Assembly: GCA_000002435.2 (NCBI GenBank)
Contig: CM018791.1
From: Giardia intestinalis
Lineage: Eukaryota
Length of the DNA: 64,000 bases
Direction: 5' to 3' (one strand)
The notes under the pieces are model-generated. The model was given only the letters and a program-made list of their open reading frames with translations. It made no database searches and was not told the DNA's origin. The translations under genes were made by a program, and so were the position numbers. The stretch's first letter is position 1. Each line of letters begins with the position of its first letter. This document shows, piece after piece, positions 28,901 to 38,157 of this stretch.

Positions 28901-31900
28901 GGGCGCTCAAGTTCACTCACGAAGTACCAACCTTTATCCTCCTTTCAGCATCGTCTGGCGATTTTCAGCTAATCGATTACACTCTGTCTCGCTGTGTAGC
29001 ACAAGCAAAGGCTATCAAGGTTCATAACTCTGAGGTGTTCTCGATGGATATACATCCCCTAAATCCGTACACCTGTATTGCTGCATGCCAAGATAATTCC
29101 ATCAGACAATTCAGCCTCTTGTCTTGCGGCCTTGGAATGTCTTTTTTGGGCTTTGTATCCTTGAAGTACCTCTGGTCTATATTCACTGATCGCTCGCCCA
29201 GTGCCTTTGCCACTTCTATCCTAGATGTGTGTCCCTTTAAAAACACTCTCTTCGACAACGAGGGTGTCCATGCAATTGGCTCTATCATTAGCAGTTGCTT
29301 GGGAGCCAGCGCAAGTACAAATGATGATCGTGAGACAAAGCTACCTTCCTACGTACTAGACCTCAATGCAGCATTCGCTTCTATCGGATCCTTTTTCCAC
29401 ACAAATCAATCTCTCTTTGCAGCTGTTGTTGCGCTAATACAGGGCAGGGTGACCCCGTACACGCCTTCTCCTGCATATGGATATTTGCATGTTGTCAGAC
29501 GCGTAGAGGCCATTGTCTCCGTGCTTCTCTCAGAAGTGATGCAGATCTGCCAGGTTCCCATGTTTGCTACTCTTGAGGAAGAAATTTCAAGGACATACCA
29601 ACACATATGTACTGATAGTACACTTTCCTCTGGTTCTGGAATAGGGCTGAATGAAATGATCTCACAAATCAAGCATGATCTAGGCGGGACGGTGACAATA
29701 TACACCTTGGGAACGGATGTATGCTTGAGGGACACGCCATTATCGGTGTCTAATAACATCACAAACAAGTTTAAATACGTTCTACAGCTACTTCTTCTGT
29801 CGCACAAGTATGCACTTCTCTCAGACGTTTTATGGCAGTTTGGGTTTCGTAACGAAGCTCTGCAGGTATCAATGTCAGTCAACGATAAGGAGCGCTGGTT
29901 TTCCCAACTTGTTCATGAAGCAGAAGAGGTCGCACGGCAAGGAGGCTTCCTTTTGCATGCAAGTATCTCCACCCCAACATCAACAGCCTCGGAGGCTCCC
30001 TTACGCGATGCTATCTCACAGACCAGAGCCCGGTACAACCTTGAAAGTGCAATCCCAGCTGATCTAGGCACGATTCTTCTCCAGAATGATCCTGCGGCTC
30101 TTGCACTCTATTTACTGTCTGTAGGAAAGTATGTCGAGGCCAAAATTGTGCTTTCTTTTGCCGTTTATAATCTGACTTCTACTCACCACCTCTATGAGTT
30201 CGATACCTTATATGGCGGGTCAAGCTCAGTTCGAGTGGCTGCACTACCTTGTCCTGCATCGTCTGAAAACTTCCCCCTGGGCCTAGACACTCTCAATACC
30301 TTGTACGCGATAACGTCCTTAAACATCGCTGCCACTTATTGTGACGCCCGCCAGCCTCTAGCAGCGGTTTGTGAACTGCTTGTGTGCAGAAGCTATGACC
30401 AAGCCACAAGGCTACTCCTTCTGAACAGGAGTGTCACTCTACTTATTTTATTATTAACCATGCTCATTAAAGCAGGAGAAGAAAATCCACGGCTACTTAC
30501 ACCACAAAAGCTATATCCTGCATCTTACCTACATGGCGAGAAGTCCTCGGTTGATGGTACAGACGACTGGGTTCCAGTCAATGCCATTCAGCGATACAAG
30601 GCCTTGCTGGTGACTATGACGATAGAATTATATTACTCATACGTTCATGGAAGCGTATTTCTTTCTGACGAGGCTCATACTATGGCAGAAGATGATGCGG
30701 GACCTAACTATCAACTTGAGCCGCTACTATCAGCATCCATAGGAAGCTTATACAAAGAGGTCGAAGATACTTCATTTGACAAGTCCGGTGTCCTTGCGCC
30801 CAAGTGCCTAACCGTAAGGGATGTTGTTATGCGCTATACGGGCAACTATGACGTGGAGTGCGCAGCACAACTAGATGAGAGCAGGCTAGCAGAGCATCTA
30901 TCAAGTATTCAGGGTCGCATTGAATTCAGCGACGAACCAGACGCGTTTTCCTCGCTGACGGGGTCTGTGTGCAAGGTCTCATTCCGCTCCCTTGTACACT
31001 TTATAGTGAAGAAACTCTTAGATGAGTTTCGCGGGCATTCAGAGGCGTATAGCATGTCGCCACAAGATGCCTATGGCACCTGCAGAGACGCTGGGGCAGA
31101 GGCGCCAGAGTCTGCTGAGGCTGTACCGATCAGTAATTCTGCGGCGGAGCTTGCTGCCAAGCCTGTTTTACCAGTCTGGAAATCAATATCCAAACTGCCC
31201 AAGGCGGCTTCGGAACAAGTCGTAGCGTCTGAGAAAGCAGAGGACCACGAAAAGATGGATGCTGGTAGTGACGGCATGCACCTAGAGCAACAGTCTGCAG
31301 TAGTAATGCAGTCAAACACGGCACCGAACGACGATGAGCTTGGCGACAACGACGTATTCCGGCTGGATATAGACCCCGGATATGGATGTCCCAGCGATGA
31401 TGATTATGTCCACTCTGTGCATGACGTATACCGACACCAGTTAGTCCCCGTGCTGCATCAAGCTAAGGACGGGGCCGCCCTATCTGATGCGTCCAAGAAG
31501 ACCAGCTGTGTAGCAGCCGAAACCTATGATCTTATATCTAAGCTTATCCTGAAACTACCGGTGACGGATGCCAATTGGGATACTCTATCACCCTATATCT
31601 CTTTCCTCGCCAAATGTCTTCCGTGTACAGGCGCTCAGAGGGTGCATCTACCATCAACGATGCCGCACATTTGCATCTGCTTTTTGGCAGCAGCCGGCTG
31701 CTCCTTCCTCTATGGACAACACAAGACAGCTAGAACAATTACTTTGGCTTTGAACAAAACTGTCACCAAGCACCCGGAAACGGAGGTGTTTTCAATAAAG
31801 GAGATCGTGAATGGGATACTAGACAAGAGGATATCGGTTCTGCCTGTCAGCATTAATGGAGACCAGCCCCTGTTGTACAAGGGAGAAACGTTCTTTGACA

Positions 31901-31977
31901 ACTCCGACGGACGTTGCTTCTCCCTCTTCCTATTCTTTGATAAGTATATGCACTGGAGCACCTCTGTTCTTATATAG
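25936..31977 (+). CDS. Very large hypothetical protein (2013 aa) with a disordered N-terminus, a beta-propeller-like region and a long alpha-helical region
   Basis: 6-kb uninterrupted ORF. After an S/P-rich leader, repeated beta-strand-rich segments suggest WD-like blades (e.g. HSLFLLHYSAQSEGELRLLHSITGKSVVVKAG, GIVRIWSVNNPHD, GWTDGCLRFF). The remainder is helical. No named family recognised. Confidence 0.8.
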   Translation: MRTSALCPLQPIVRQSDAERSPVARKSPTVLPPLRGVEAMNSMGARPRLPSTSPMSPRGSKLSERTPDDDRSSDLQRQGSSLSKLSDSLFKARNDSVRWLLSDNMEIANIDDTSMITPSCQTQPREVIVSIPGYFCYCSSFSLFMYRILSTKNGREPVFQLVRIINLPGTHILSLTADKQTMQVAISSMDRRIHLYSLVTGEPTQDVILELQSPPVSIKFHPSIPHSLFLLHYSAQSEGELRLLHSITGKSVVVKAGLDKALALTCSPYSKELAVSFESGEIFVIGLSADGTEEIYSRSLIAGTFTSKLPDLVAWNSKHNGAKAKSETIKSNIKYVRKLLDYVSTVLLKPVEPVSVSYDPTNHETLLVVFAFGLHCLFNTATGDCLVIYFAREGRQLDTSRLRTIFNIGLIDTTLNNADSKNIFTPAGTLPNGISSCIFVPGQAGRFISTDCDAGIVRIWSVNNPHDLSARRVASTALSGAYIVELDPFLQNEPIASNCLPTGLTVITPTTTTLSSYVIALVDSFGGISIYSSDFRALVLSIPSSHYDRILSLTYDPFNPLVFCTVGCDGLVKQWRTDFITEQHTTSASAFSCNNKQYQRVLIPYNGSGRFKTWKSNDHGKIAVAKAPACVSVIYAPAEDLPYVLCSYINGDIRFFQKHTGRHTCDLISSSSFYDSGLLIPKKHHFFSNYDKGFLTGLFSSTLRIPHATTLAWSDLKPQLIVTGWTDGCLRFFLSTRGVHESVVDADELVMSFRLLAVFSVPWFFSAPDNDGFSIRATKFIPKTLIVAAALESGHLLFVNVRPLLSKTIHSLFDMCYEFDAGFSAESNYSGITNDQAALEAGKSDAQNTDEKLYRQLKPLFTETASVLANTSNIFVFNLTISYRCHLEHRTVIFQHSSYTTAPLQHHGGTPRKICCLDIHPRAASSTDADDYNLLALGDNMGVMSILHIDSNICTGNLPEGRILIKHVYTCLGTTGNRPTHSRRAPLIRALKFTHEVPTFILLSASSGDFQLIDYTLSRCVAQAKAIKVHNSEVFSMDIHPLNPYTCIAACQDNSIRQFSLLSCGLGMSFLGFVSLKYLWSIFTDRSPSAFATSILDVCPFKNTLFDNEGVHAIGSIISSCLGASASTNDDRETKLPSYVLDLNAAFASIGSFFHTNQSLFAAVVALIQGRVTPYTPSPAYGYLHVVRRVEAIVSVLLSEVMQICQVPMFATLEEEISRTYQHICTDSTLSSGSGIGLNEMISQIKHDLGGTVTIYTLGTDVCLRDTPLSVSNNITNKFKYVLQLLLLSHKYALLSDVLWQFGFRNEALQVSMSVNDKERWFSQLVHEAEEVARQGGFLLHASISTPTSTASEAPLRDAISQTRARYNLESAIPADLGTILLQNDPAALALYLLSVGKYVEAKIVLSFAVYNLTSTHHLYEFDTLYGGSSSVRVAALPCPASSENFPLGLDTLNTLYAITSLNIAATYCDARQPLAAVCELLVCRSYDQATRLLLLNRSVTLLILLLTMLIKAGEENPRLLTPQKLYPASYLHGEKSSVDGTDDWVPVNAIQRYKALLVTMTIELYYSYVHGSVFLSDEAHTMAEDDAGPNYQLEPLLSASIGSLYKEVEDTSFDKSGVLAPKCLTVRDVVMRYTGNYDVECAAQLDESRLAEHLSSIQGRIEFSDEPDAFSSLTGSVCKVSFRSLVHFIVKKLLDEFRGHSEAYSMSPQDAYGTCRDAGAEAPESAEAVPISNSAAELAAKPVLPVWKSISKLPKAASEQVVASEKAEDHEKMDAGSDGMHLEQQSAVVMQSNTAPNDDELGDNDVFRLDIDPGYGCPSDDDYVHSVHDVYRHQLVPVLHQAKDGAALSDASKKTSCVAAETYDLISKLILKLPVTDANWDTLSPYISFLAKCLPCTGAQRVHLPSTMPHICICFLAAAGCSFLYGQHKTARTITLALNKTVTKHPETEVFSIKEIVNGILDKRISVLPVSINGDQPLLYKGETFFDNSDGRCFSLFLFFDKYMHWSTSVLI

Positions 31978-32064
31978 CGAAGACCGCTCTTGAAGCATCT
32001 ACAGCCAGTTTCTACCTACACAAAAACTCAAAATTCAAAATTTGAGGCAAAGTCACGTGTTGCC

Positions 32065-34371
32065 ATGGTTATCTCCTCCCCCTCCCAGGTGCTGATTAAG
32101 GCTGTGGATGACAAGAGGACGAGGTCGACCGCCTGCAAAGGAAACTGCCCCAAGTCAGGAAAGATTGGTACCGTCGAAGACCTGGAGAGGGTCATCGCAG
32201 ATCTAGATAGATGCATAGGATTTGCAGACATCCACCGCATTATTGCTAGCGACGTTGCTGATATACGGTATGTAGTCCCGTGGCTTCAGCGCGAAAACGT
32301 GTTAGGACAAGCAAGTCGACTTCTTTCTTCTTCAGAGTTGGCCGCCTCCTCTTTGTGCACTAGAAAACGGTGTGCCAAGATGTATCTTATATTATTCTCT
32401 GTCTGCGTGATGCTGCATGACAAACGATTACAGTCCAGTGTCCTTGAATCTCTAACGACAGTGAGTTTGTGCTTTGACTTACTTATCGGGGCTCATGTAA
32501 ATCTATACAGAATGAGGTCGCTGGAAGATAGCGGAAGATTCTCGCCCGAGATGTCAACTATCCTTGAGCGGCTAATGGGGCTGGATGAATTTGTGCATGA
32601 ATTTGATCGTCTTGGGCTCTTTGAAGACTATCAAGGAAGAGAGACCGAACATGCCCCTAGAAGGTATACTCCACCACCAGTCCCAGCAGAGTATTCGGTA
32701 GTGGTTTATGTTCATAGAAATTCCTCCTCTCCAAATGGGTGTAGTAATCCTGTCCGGGAGCCTACAATCAAGAAGGATATCCCGACTGAAAAAGAAACTA
32801 CACCGATGCCTTTGGCTGATCATCCTCCGTTCAACTTTCACTTGCTAAAGACGAATGCATTGAGCACATTCGACTTAGGTGTGTACTCCTTTCTATCAAC
32901 ACTGCGGTTTCATATATATCAAGATCTCCTTCAGCAGACTAACAAAGAGCGCCTCCTAGAGCAGGACATCCGGCGGTTTCAAAAGCTCTTTAGCCTTCTG
33001 GTCTACGTTAACAGGGATACAAGTAGTAAGGAGGTGTGCGAATATTTGGAGCAGCTCTTCGAGACTATCTCCTCACTCATCACATACACACGAATCTGCA
33101 GGTTTATCTTCGAGGTAGCGGAGTCACATCAGTTCTCAACATCGGAGATACCGATATCGTGCCTGACATCACGTAACGCCAAGACACGTATCTTAGCGGC
33201 AACCAAACCCTCAGTCAAGACCATCTCTCAATCCCTACGGAACATAGCAGCAGCAATAGCGGCTTGCACCCAGCAGATGCTTCAGTTTGTATCCTGGGTC
33301 GTACTAGAAAATCCGTGGCATGCTGCAGACTACCGCACAGAACATACTGCTTTGGACGCGGCTTCTAGAGTATCATGGTTGTTCCAACGGGCTTATGAAA
33401 AGATGCTCTCCCTCATAGAAGAGATCTTCATGTGTAGAGCTTGCCTATGCTTTACGATATTCCAGGTTGACGAGGAGTTGGTCAAGAATCTGACAGATGA
33501 CCTTCAGTATGACTCTACGATGATATCATACACGCTAGACGACGAAGGACAGCCCCCAAAAGAAGACGGTATTGAATACGAATTGCTCAGAAGCCTGTAC
33601 TGTACGGGAGAAGACGCGCTTCTGGAGTCGAAGGGAGTTCATGCTGCCGTAACAAGCAACATAGACTGCTCAGCTTTATATGCCAGGAAATCGGGAGAGA
33701 AGGGCCAGATTATCATCCAGCTCTATGGCCTACTCCCGCAACTCCTCTATGGCCTGCTGTACTTGATGAATCTGACCAACATGATGCTCCCGGGGTCGAA
33801 TCCTTCACGGGTTAACTCTGTTATCCAACTCATAGAGCCAACTGGGCTTATAATTACAACAATTTTCAGCGTGCTACAGCAAAACAACAAGTCCTTCTGC
33901 AGAGCGCAGTTGGGAGGGATATCCTTGTTCCTTAAGAGATTTTCGCAAGCTATCGAAGCCGTCCTGTCCGCTGTCCATACAGCATCACGATCTATCTATA
34001 AAAGAATCCGGACCTCCCAAAATAACCTCAATGACAATACCCGTATGGAGGCATACACTGCCATCATAAACACTGCGTTCAGGGTGCTACAGAATATGTT
34101 CGAGGCTGGCGTTGTCGTGCTTGACCAAAAGCTTCTTGTAACGGGGATCCGATATGTAACTTCATTTGTATCTCCCAAATCGTTCTGTGATGCTTGCCGC
34201 ATTTTAGTGCACCTTCTTCCATACAAGGAAATGCGAGAGTTTGCCGAGTGCTACACATTAGATGGAAAATCTGTTGGAGAATATTTAATCGAGCGGACCA
34301 GGCCTACAATAGCAGATTCTGCTTGTCTAAACTCTCTCGACGCCTTGCTTTTTCTCATCAACAATAGGTAA
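32065..34371 (+). CDS. Hypothetical protein (768 aa)
   Basis: The track ORF starts at a TTG. The first ATG (32065) follows AAAAACTCAAAATTCAAAATTTGAGG. The product is non-repetitive and largely helical. No recognisable domain. Confidence 0.7.
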   Translation: MVISSPSQVLIKAVDDKRTRSTACKGNCPKSGKIGTVEDLERVIADLDRCIGFADIHRIIASDVADIRYVVPWLQRENVLGQASRLLSSSELAASSLCTRKRCAKMYLILFSVCVMLHDKRLQSSVLESLTTVSLCFDLLIGAHVNLYRMRSLEDSGRFSPEMSTILERLMGLDEFVHEFDRLGLFEDYQGRETEHAPRRYTPPPVPAEYSVVVYVHRNSSSPNGCSNPVREPTIKKDIPTEKETTPMPLADHPPFNFHLLKTNALSTFDLGVYSFLSTLRFHIYQDLLQQTNKERLLEQDIRRFQKLFSLLVYVNRDTSSKEVCEYLEQLFETISSLITYTRICRFIFEVAESHQFSTSEIPISCLTSRNAKTRILAATKPSVKTISQSLRNIAAAIAACTQQMLQFVSWVVLENPWHAADYRTEHTALDAASRVSWLFQRAYEKMLSLIEEIFMCRACLCFTIFQVDEELVKNLTDDLQYDSTMISYTLDDEGQPPKEDGIEYELLRSLYCTGEDALLESKGVHAAVTSNIDCSALYARKSGEKGQIIIQLYGLLPQLLYGLLYLMNLTNMMLPGSNPSRVNSVIQLIEPTGLIITTIFSVLQQNNKSFCRAQLGGISLFLKRFSQAIEAVLSAVHTASRSIYKRIRTSQNNLNDNTRMEAYTAIINTAFRVLQNMFEAGVVVLDQKLLVTGIRYVTSFVSPKSFCDACRILVHLLPYKEMREFAECYTLDGKSVGEYLIERTRPTIADSACLNSLDALLFLINNR

Positions 34372-34378
34372 GACACTG

Positions 34379-37300
34379 TTACACAGAATCTTCGAGCTGC
34401 ATACGAACAAGCACACCCATAGAGATGAGCTCCTGGATCATCAGCTTTGCAGCGTATGGGATGCGTATCTTTACAACGTCCTTTCCGGATTGACAAGTTG
34501 GGCACCACAGGACGCCATTTTTTTCATAGCTAAACAGGCCGCAAGTCTCGCATACGTAGGCAAGAAAGTCATCAGATGACAACATGAACCGCTCTAGTAG
34601 CAGGGCGGATGCCCCATAGGAAATAGCACAGTCCCGCTCCATCTCCCCCATTCGCAGGCCTCCGTGTACACGCCTTCCTTCGGTCGGCTGTCGAGTAAGC
34701 ATTGTTATGGGTCCTGTACCCCGAGAGTGTATTTTATCTTTTACCATGTGCTTCAGCTTCTGATAGTATATGGGGCCATTAAAGATGTAGACAGGTATCA
34801 CGTCTCCGGTAAGTCCTGAGTAGAGGACGTCCTTTCCGCTGTAGCTAAACCCGGCTACACGAAGACTGTCATAAAGCTCAGCAAGAAAGGTCTCGTCGGT
34901 CTTTGTGCGGAAGCATGTCCCATCAGTCTGTTCGCCTCTAAAGCAACCCGACTTGTTACTGAGCAGCTCAAGTAGCTTTGCAACGGTCATGCGAGAGGGA
35001 TACCCGTGCGGGTTCATAATTAAGTCCGGCACAATCCCTTGGGAGGTGAACGGCAAGTCGGACTGTGGTACGATAAGCCCACAGACACCCTTCTGTCCGT
35101 GTCGACTGCTGAACTTATCCCCTACCTCTGGTCTTCGGGGCTCTCGCGTCAGCACCTTTATCAACATGTTCCCGTCCCCGTTTGTAGTCACCAATACCTT
35201 GTCTACATACGTTATAGTTTCTAGAGGAGACTTAAGGGACTCGGGCGCCTTGATCAACGATGCTGTGGCTTCTGTTCCATCCGACAACCCTGGAATATTG
35301 GTGATGTGTCTCCCCTTGTTTATGACTATGTCTCCTGTCTTCAGATGGGCTCCAACAGCACACAGACCATCATCCTCTATGGCATGATAGCCCTCATATT
35401 GCTTTAGATGGTCCTTCGGTGGCCCTAAGAGGATATCTTTTATCCCATCGACGGACTTGGAGCCAATGGAATTGAGCTCAGTGGAGACTGAGCGATAGAT
35501 GCTGCAGCGTCCAAAGCCCCGGTCAATGGCGTTTCGATTTAGTATTAGAGCGTCTTCTATGTCAAAAGACGAGTAGCTCATAACACAGACAGTAGCGTTT
35601 TGGCCGGCTGGGAGCCTCTCATACCCCGTGAGTTTCAGAATCTTGGTGCTTGTGAGAGGTTGTTGCGGGTAGTCTAGAAGAAACATTGCTGTTTCGAAAC
35701 GCTCAAGTTGGTTGAACGCAATGGCCCCAGACGCCTGCTTCCCCATACTGCACTGGTAGCAGTTTCTTGGAGACTGGTTGTGATGTGGATAGGGGATAAG
35801 GCCAACGACGTAGCCTAGAAGGGTATAGGATTCGATTTCACAATGAGTATGCTGTGGCGTCAGATCTTTAGTGTCCATTGCAATATAGGCATTTTTGGCC
35901 TCGTTAACGTCGAGGTACTCCACTTTCCCCTCATATATCAAGTCCACAAAGCACTTTTGGTTGTCCACTAACAGCTCTATGTCGCTACGCGTGAGCATTA
36001 GCTTCCCGTTCTCCACAATGAGCAAGGGCCTACACGCACGTCCTGAATCGCAGTTGATGTACACGGCTTGATGCTCATCGTTGAAGTGAAAGCTCGTTAA
36101 GTAGCTGATATAACCTCTGCGTCTGAATGTGCGCAAGGTAATAATAAACCCCTTAAGCATATCCTTAGCAATAACTCCCTTTATTGTGCCGTTTAGAAAT
36201 ACCATATAACCGTACCCCAGAGAAAAGGTGTCTCCAGACCAACATGATGCCAAATCCTCAACCCCTATGCTCATCAGGAGCTTCGAGATTGAGTCGGTAC
36301 TCTCGTCCTTGGATATCCGGGCCATTATTGAAAGGTTTTTAACAATCCCGACGGATTCTCCCTCCGGAGTATCAGACGGACAAAAGATTCCCATTTGGCT
36401 AAAGTTGAGCATACGAGGTCCAGAGCTCTTCATCGCCTTATCAAATGTGGACGACAGTCTGGTAACCTGGCCCAGGGCAGAGATATACGATAACCTCGAA
36501 AGAATTTGGGACACGCCCACTCTGTCTACCCCTATCTTTTCTATCTTCCAATTGCCCGTAGATATTGCGGAGTTGAAGGCCCTGGTGATGATGCTAGGGT
36601 CAACCAGCGAGACTATGTCATAGTTTGTAAGGTCTGTGCCACGATTTCTATCTGATCGTAGAACGCTATCCACCTTTCTGACCATATGAGCCAAAAGGGT
36701 CTTGAATGCATCATCGAAAATGAGCTCTAAGAGGTCTCCAGCAGTCTCAATCTTCTTATTTCCTACAAAGTCTTTGCTGTCTCCCTTTATCACGCCAAAA
36801 TCAAATAAAATGGCTCTGCGAATCATTGTAGCAAGATAGACAGCTTTAGGAAGCCAGTTGAACCGCGCCGTGTTGGTCAACGACGCAGCAGACCCAATGG
36901 TTGAGGCTCCCGTTGATGCCCCACCGCCCGATACTGATTTTGCTGTAGCATTGGCACTTCCACTTCTACCACCACCAATGGTAGCGGTACCTACGTCTGC
37001 GCCTGCACTTACACTAGAACCTGCAGGTGCAGATGCCTGTGGTAGTACGTGCTGTGCTGCCTGTTGTAAATTTAACCGTTCGACTACTGGTATGTGTGAG
37101 AGGACAAAGTGGGCAAGACAGTCGCGAGCTGATTCAACGGAGGCCTTTGCTGCCGTGGCGACTGGCGATGCCGAGAAGTTAGCATTGGCATTTGTATAAG
37201 TTCGAACAACTATGCGATCTGCAAGGTACTTAAGTGCCTGTTCTTGAGTGTATATCTTATCGTTACTACACTCCTGAACGCTCAAAGACATGTAGTCAAG

Positions 37301-38095
37301 GAAGAGCTGGTCCGTGCCAATCAGAGATAGAACTGTCACATCATTAACAAACCCCATGGCCTTAAAGACTGTAACAATGGGGATGGGCTTCTTGTTGAAC
37401 TTGTTATGAATCAAGTAAAACTTCTTGTTCTTGTAGAGCACTGCACAGCGAGACTTGCGCTCGGTGGTGTTCGACGCCACAGTGACCTCTACGTTTCCAT
37501 CTGCGTTTCGTCCTAGAACAATCCTATTCATCGTCATTTGCTCTGCCAGAAGAATGGACTTCTCTGCACCGCGCACAATGAAGTAACCCCCGGGGTCATC
37601 GGGACACTCCTGGAGAAATGCCTGCTGCTTGCGTGACTTGTTAGTCAAAATACACCGATTGCTTCTTAGCATGATTGGTATGTAGCCGATGCAAATCTCC
37701 TTGTAGTACTGCACAGAGCTCTTGTTAGAAGCTTTACATCTGACATCAATTGTTATAGGGGCAGCGTATGTCATATTGCGTTGACGACACTCGTGTGGGG
37801 TCAACCCAACGCCACTGCCCGCGGAAGAACTTGACAGCTTGGAAGAGCCCTGAGAAACCTGCTTCACATCCACCTTCTCTATCCGCAAATGAAACTGCGG
37901 ATGCTTGGCTACTACAAGAAGAGAATTTTCCTTGATTATGGCTGGTATGGTGACGTCCAGCAGATGATTAAAGCTATCCAAGTGATGCTTGGTGATGCTT
38001 TCTGTCATCAGATAGGAGTGTATTAACCGCCACCGGTCCATAGCGACTGAGTGAACGGGAGAATCCGGCGAGGGGATTCCCAGGGGCATTTTCAT
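34379..38095 (-). CDS. DNA-directed RNA polymerase second-largest subunit, most likely Pol III RPC2/C128 (1238 aa)
   Basis: Signature GDKFSSRHGQKGVCG...MNPHGYPSRMTVAK, then GPIYYQKLKHMV, QPTEGR, GEMERDC, a C-terminal Zn ribbon CETCG...CPTCQ and IPYAAKLMIQEL. The GVCG, MNPHG-PSRMTV-K and IYYQKLKHMV variants match RPC2 rather than RPB2 (GTIG) or RPA2 (GVCS). This assignment is from memory of yeast Ret1/Rpb2/Rpa135. The track ORF starts at GTG. The first ATG (38095) follows CTTAAATTAAATGAATGG. Confidence 0.85.
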   Translation of the reverse strand: MKMPLGIPSPDSPVHSVAMDRWRLIHSYLMTESITKHHLDSFNHLLDVTIPAIIKENSLLVVAKHPQFHLRIEKVDVKQVSQGSSKLSSSSAGSGVGLTPHECRQRNMTYAAPITIDVRCKASNKSSVQYYKEICIGYIPIMLRSNRCILTNKSRKQQAFLQECPDDPGGYFIVRGAEKSILLAEQMTMNRIVLGRNADGNVEVTVASNTTERKSRCAVLYKNKKFYLIHNKFNKKPIPIVTVFKAMGFVNDVTVLSLIGTDQLFLDYMSLSVQECSNDKIYTQEQALKYLADRIVVRTYTNANANFSASPVATAAKASVESARDCLAHFVLSHIPVVERLNLQQAAQHVLPQASAPAGSSVSAGADVGTATIGGGRSGSANATAKSVSGGGASTGASTIGSAASLTNTARFNWLPKAVYLATMIRRAILFDFGVIKGDSKDFVGNKKIETAGDLLELIFDDAFKTLLAHMVRKVDSVLRSDRNRGTDLTNYDIVSLVDPSIITRAFNSAISTGNWKIEKIGVDRVGVSQILSRLSYISALGQVTRLSSTFDKAMKSSGPRMLNFSQMGIFCPSDTPEGESVGIVKNLSIMARISKDESTDSISKLLMSIGVEDLASCWSGDTFSLGYGYMVFLNGTIKGVIAKDMLKGFIITLRTFRRRGYISYLTSFHFNDEHQAVYINCDSGRACRPLLIVENGKLMLTRSDIELLVDNQKCFVDLIYEGKVEYLDVNEAKNAYIAMDTKDLTPQHTHCEIESYTLLGYVVGLIPYPHHNQSPRNCYQCSMGKQASGAIAFNQLERFETAMFLLDYPQQPLTSTKILKLTGYERLPAGQNATVCVMSYSSFDIEDALILNRNAIDRGFGRCSIYRSVSTELNSIGSKSVDGIKDILLGPPKDHLKQYEGYHAIEDDGLCAVGAHLKTGDIVINKGRHITNIPGLSDGTEATASLIKAPESLKSPLETITYVDKVLVTTNGDGNMLIKVLTREPRRPEVGDKFSSRHGQKGVCGLIVPQSDLPFTSQGIVPDLIMNPHGYPSRMTVAKLLELLSNKSGCFRGEQTDGTCFRTKTDETFLAELYDSLRVAGFSYSGKDVLYSGLTGDVIPVYIFNGPIYYQKLKHMVKDKIHSRGTGPITMLTRQPTEGRRVHGGLRMGEMERDCAISYGASALLLERFMLSSDDFLAYVCETCGLFSYEKNGVLWCPTCQSGKDVVKIRIPYAAKLMIQELISMGVLVRMQLEDSV

Positions 38096-38157
38096 TGCTC
38101 CTGTCCATTCATTTAATTTAAGTGGCACAGAAAAGCTTGAAAACTAACGCGTTCACT
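38096..38157. promoter_or_regulatory. 62-bp divergent promoter region between RPC2-like (-) and hypothetical gene (+)
   Basis: Two divergent real ATGs are separated by 62 nt containing A/T-rich initiator tracts on both strands. Confidence 0.45.

Noticed and set aside
36858-37199. 113-aa plus-strand ORF rich in Ala/Pro/Val
   Set aside because: It is antisense to the Ala/Ser/Gly-rich insertion of the RPC2-like gene and is a compositional artefact.
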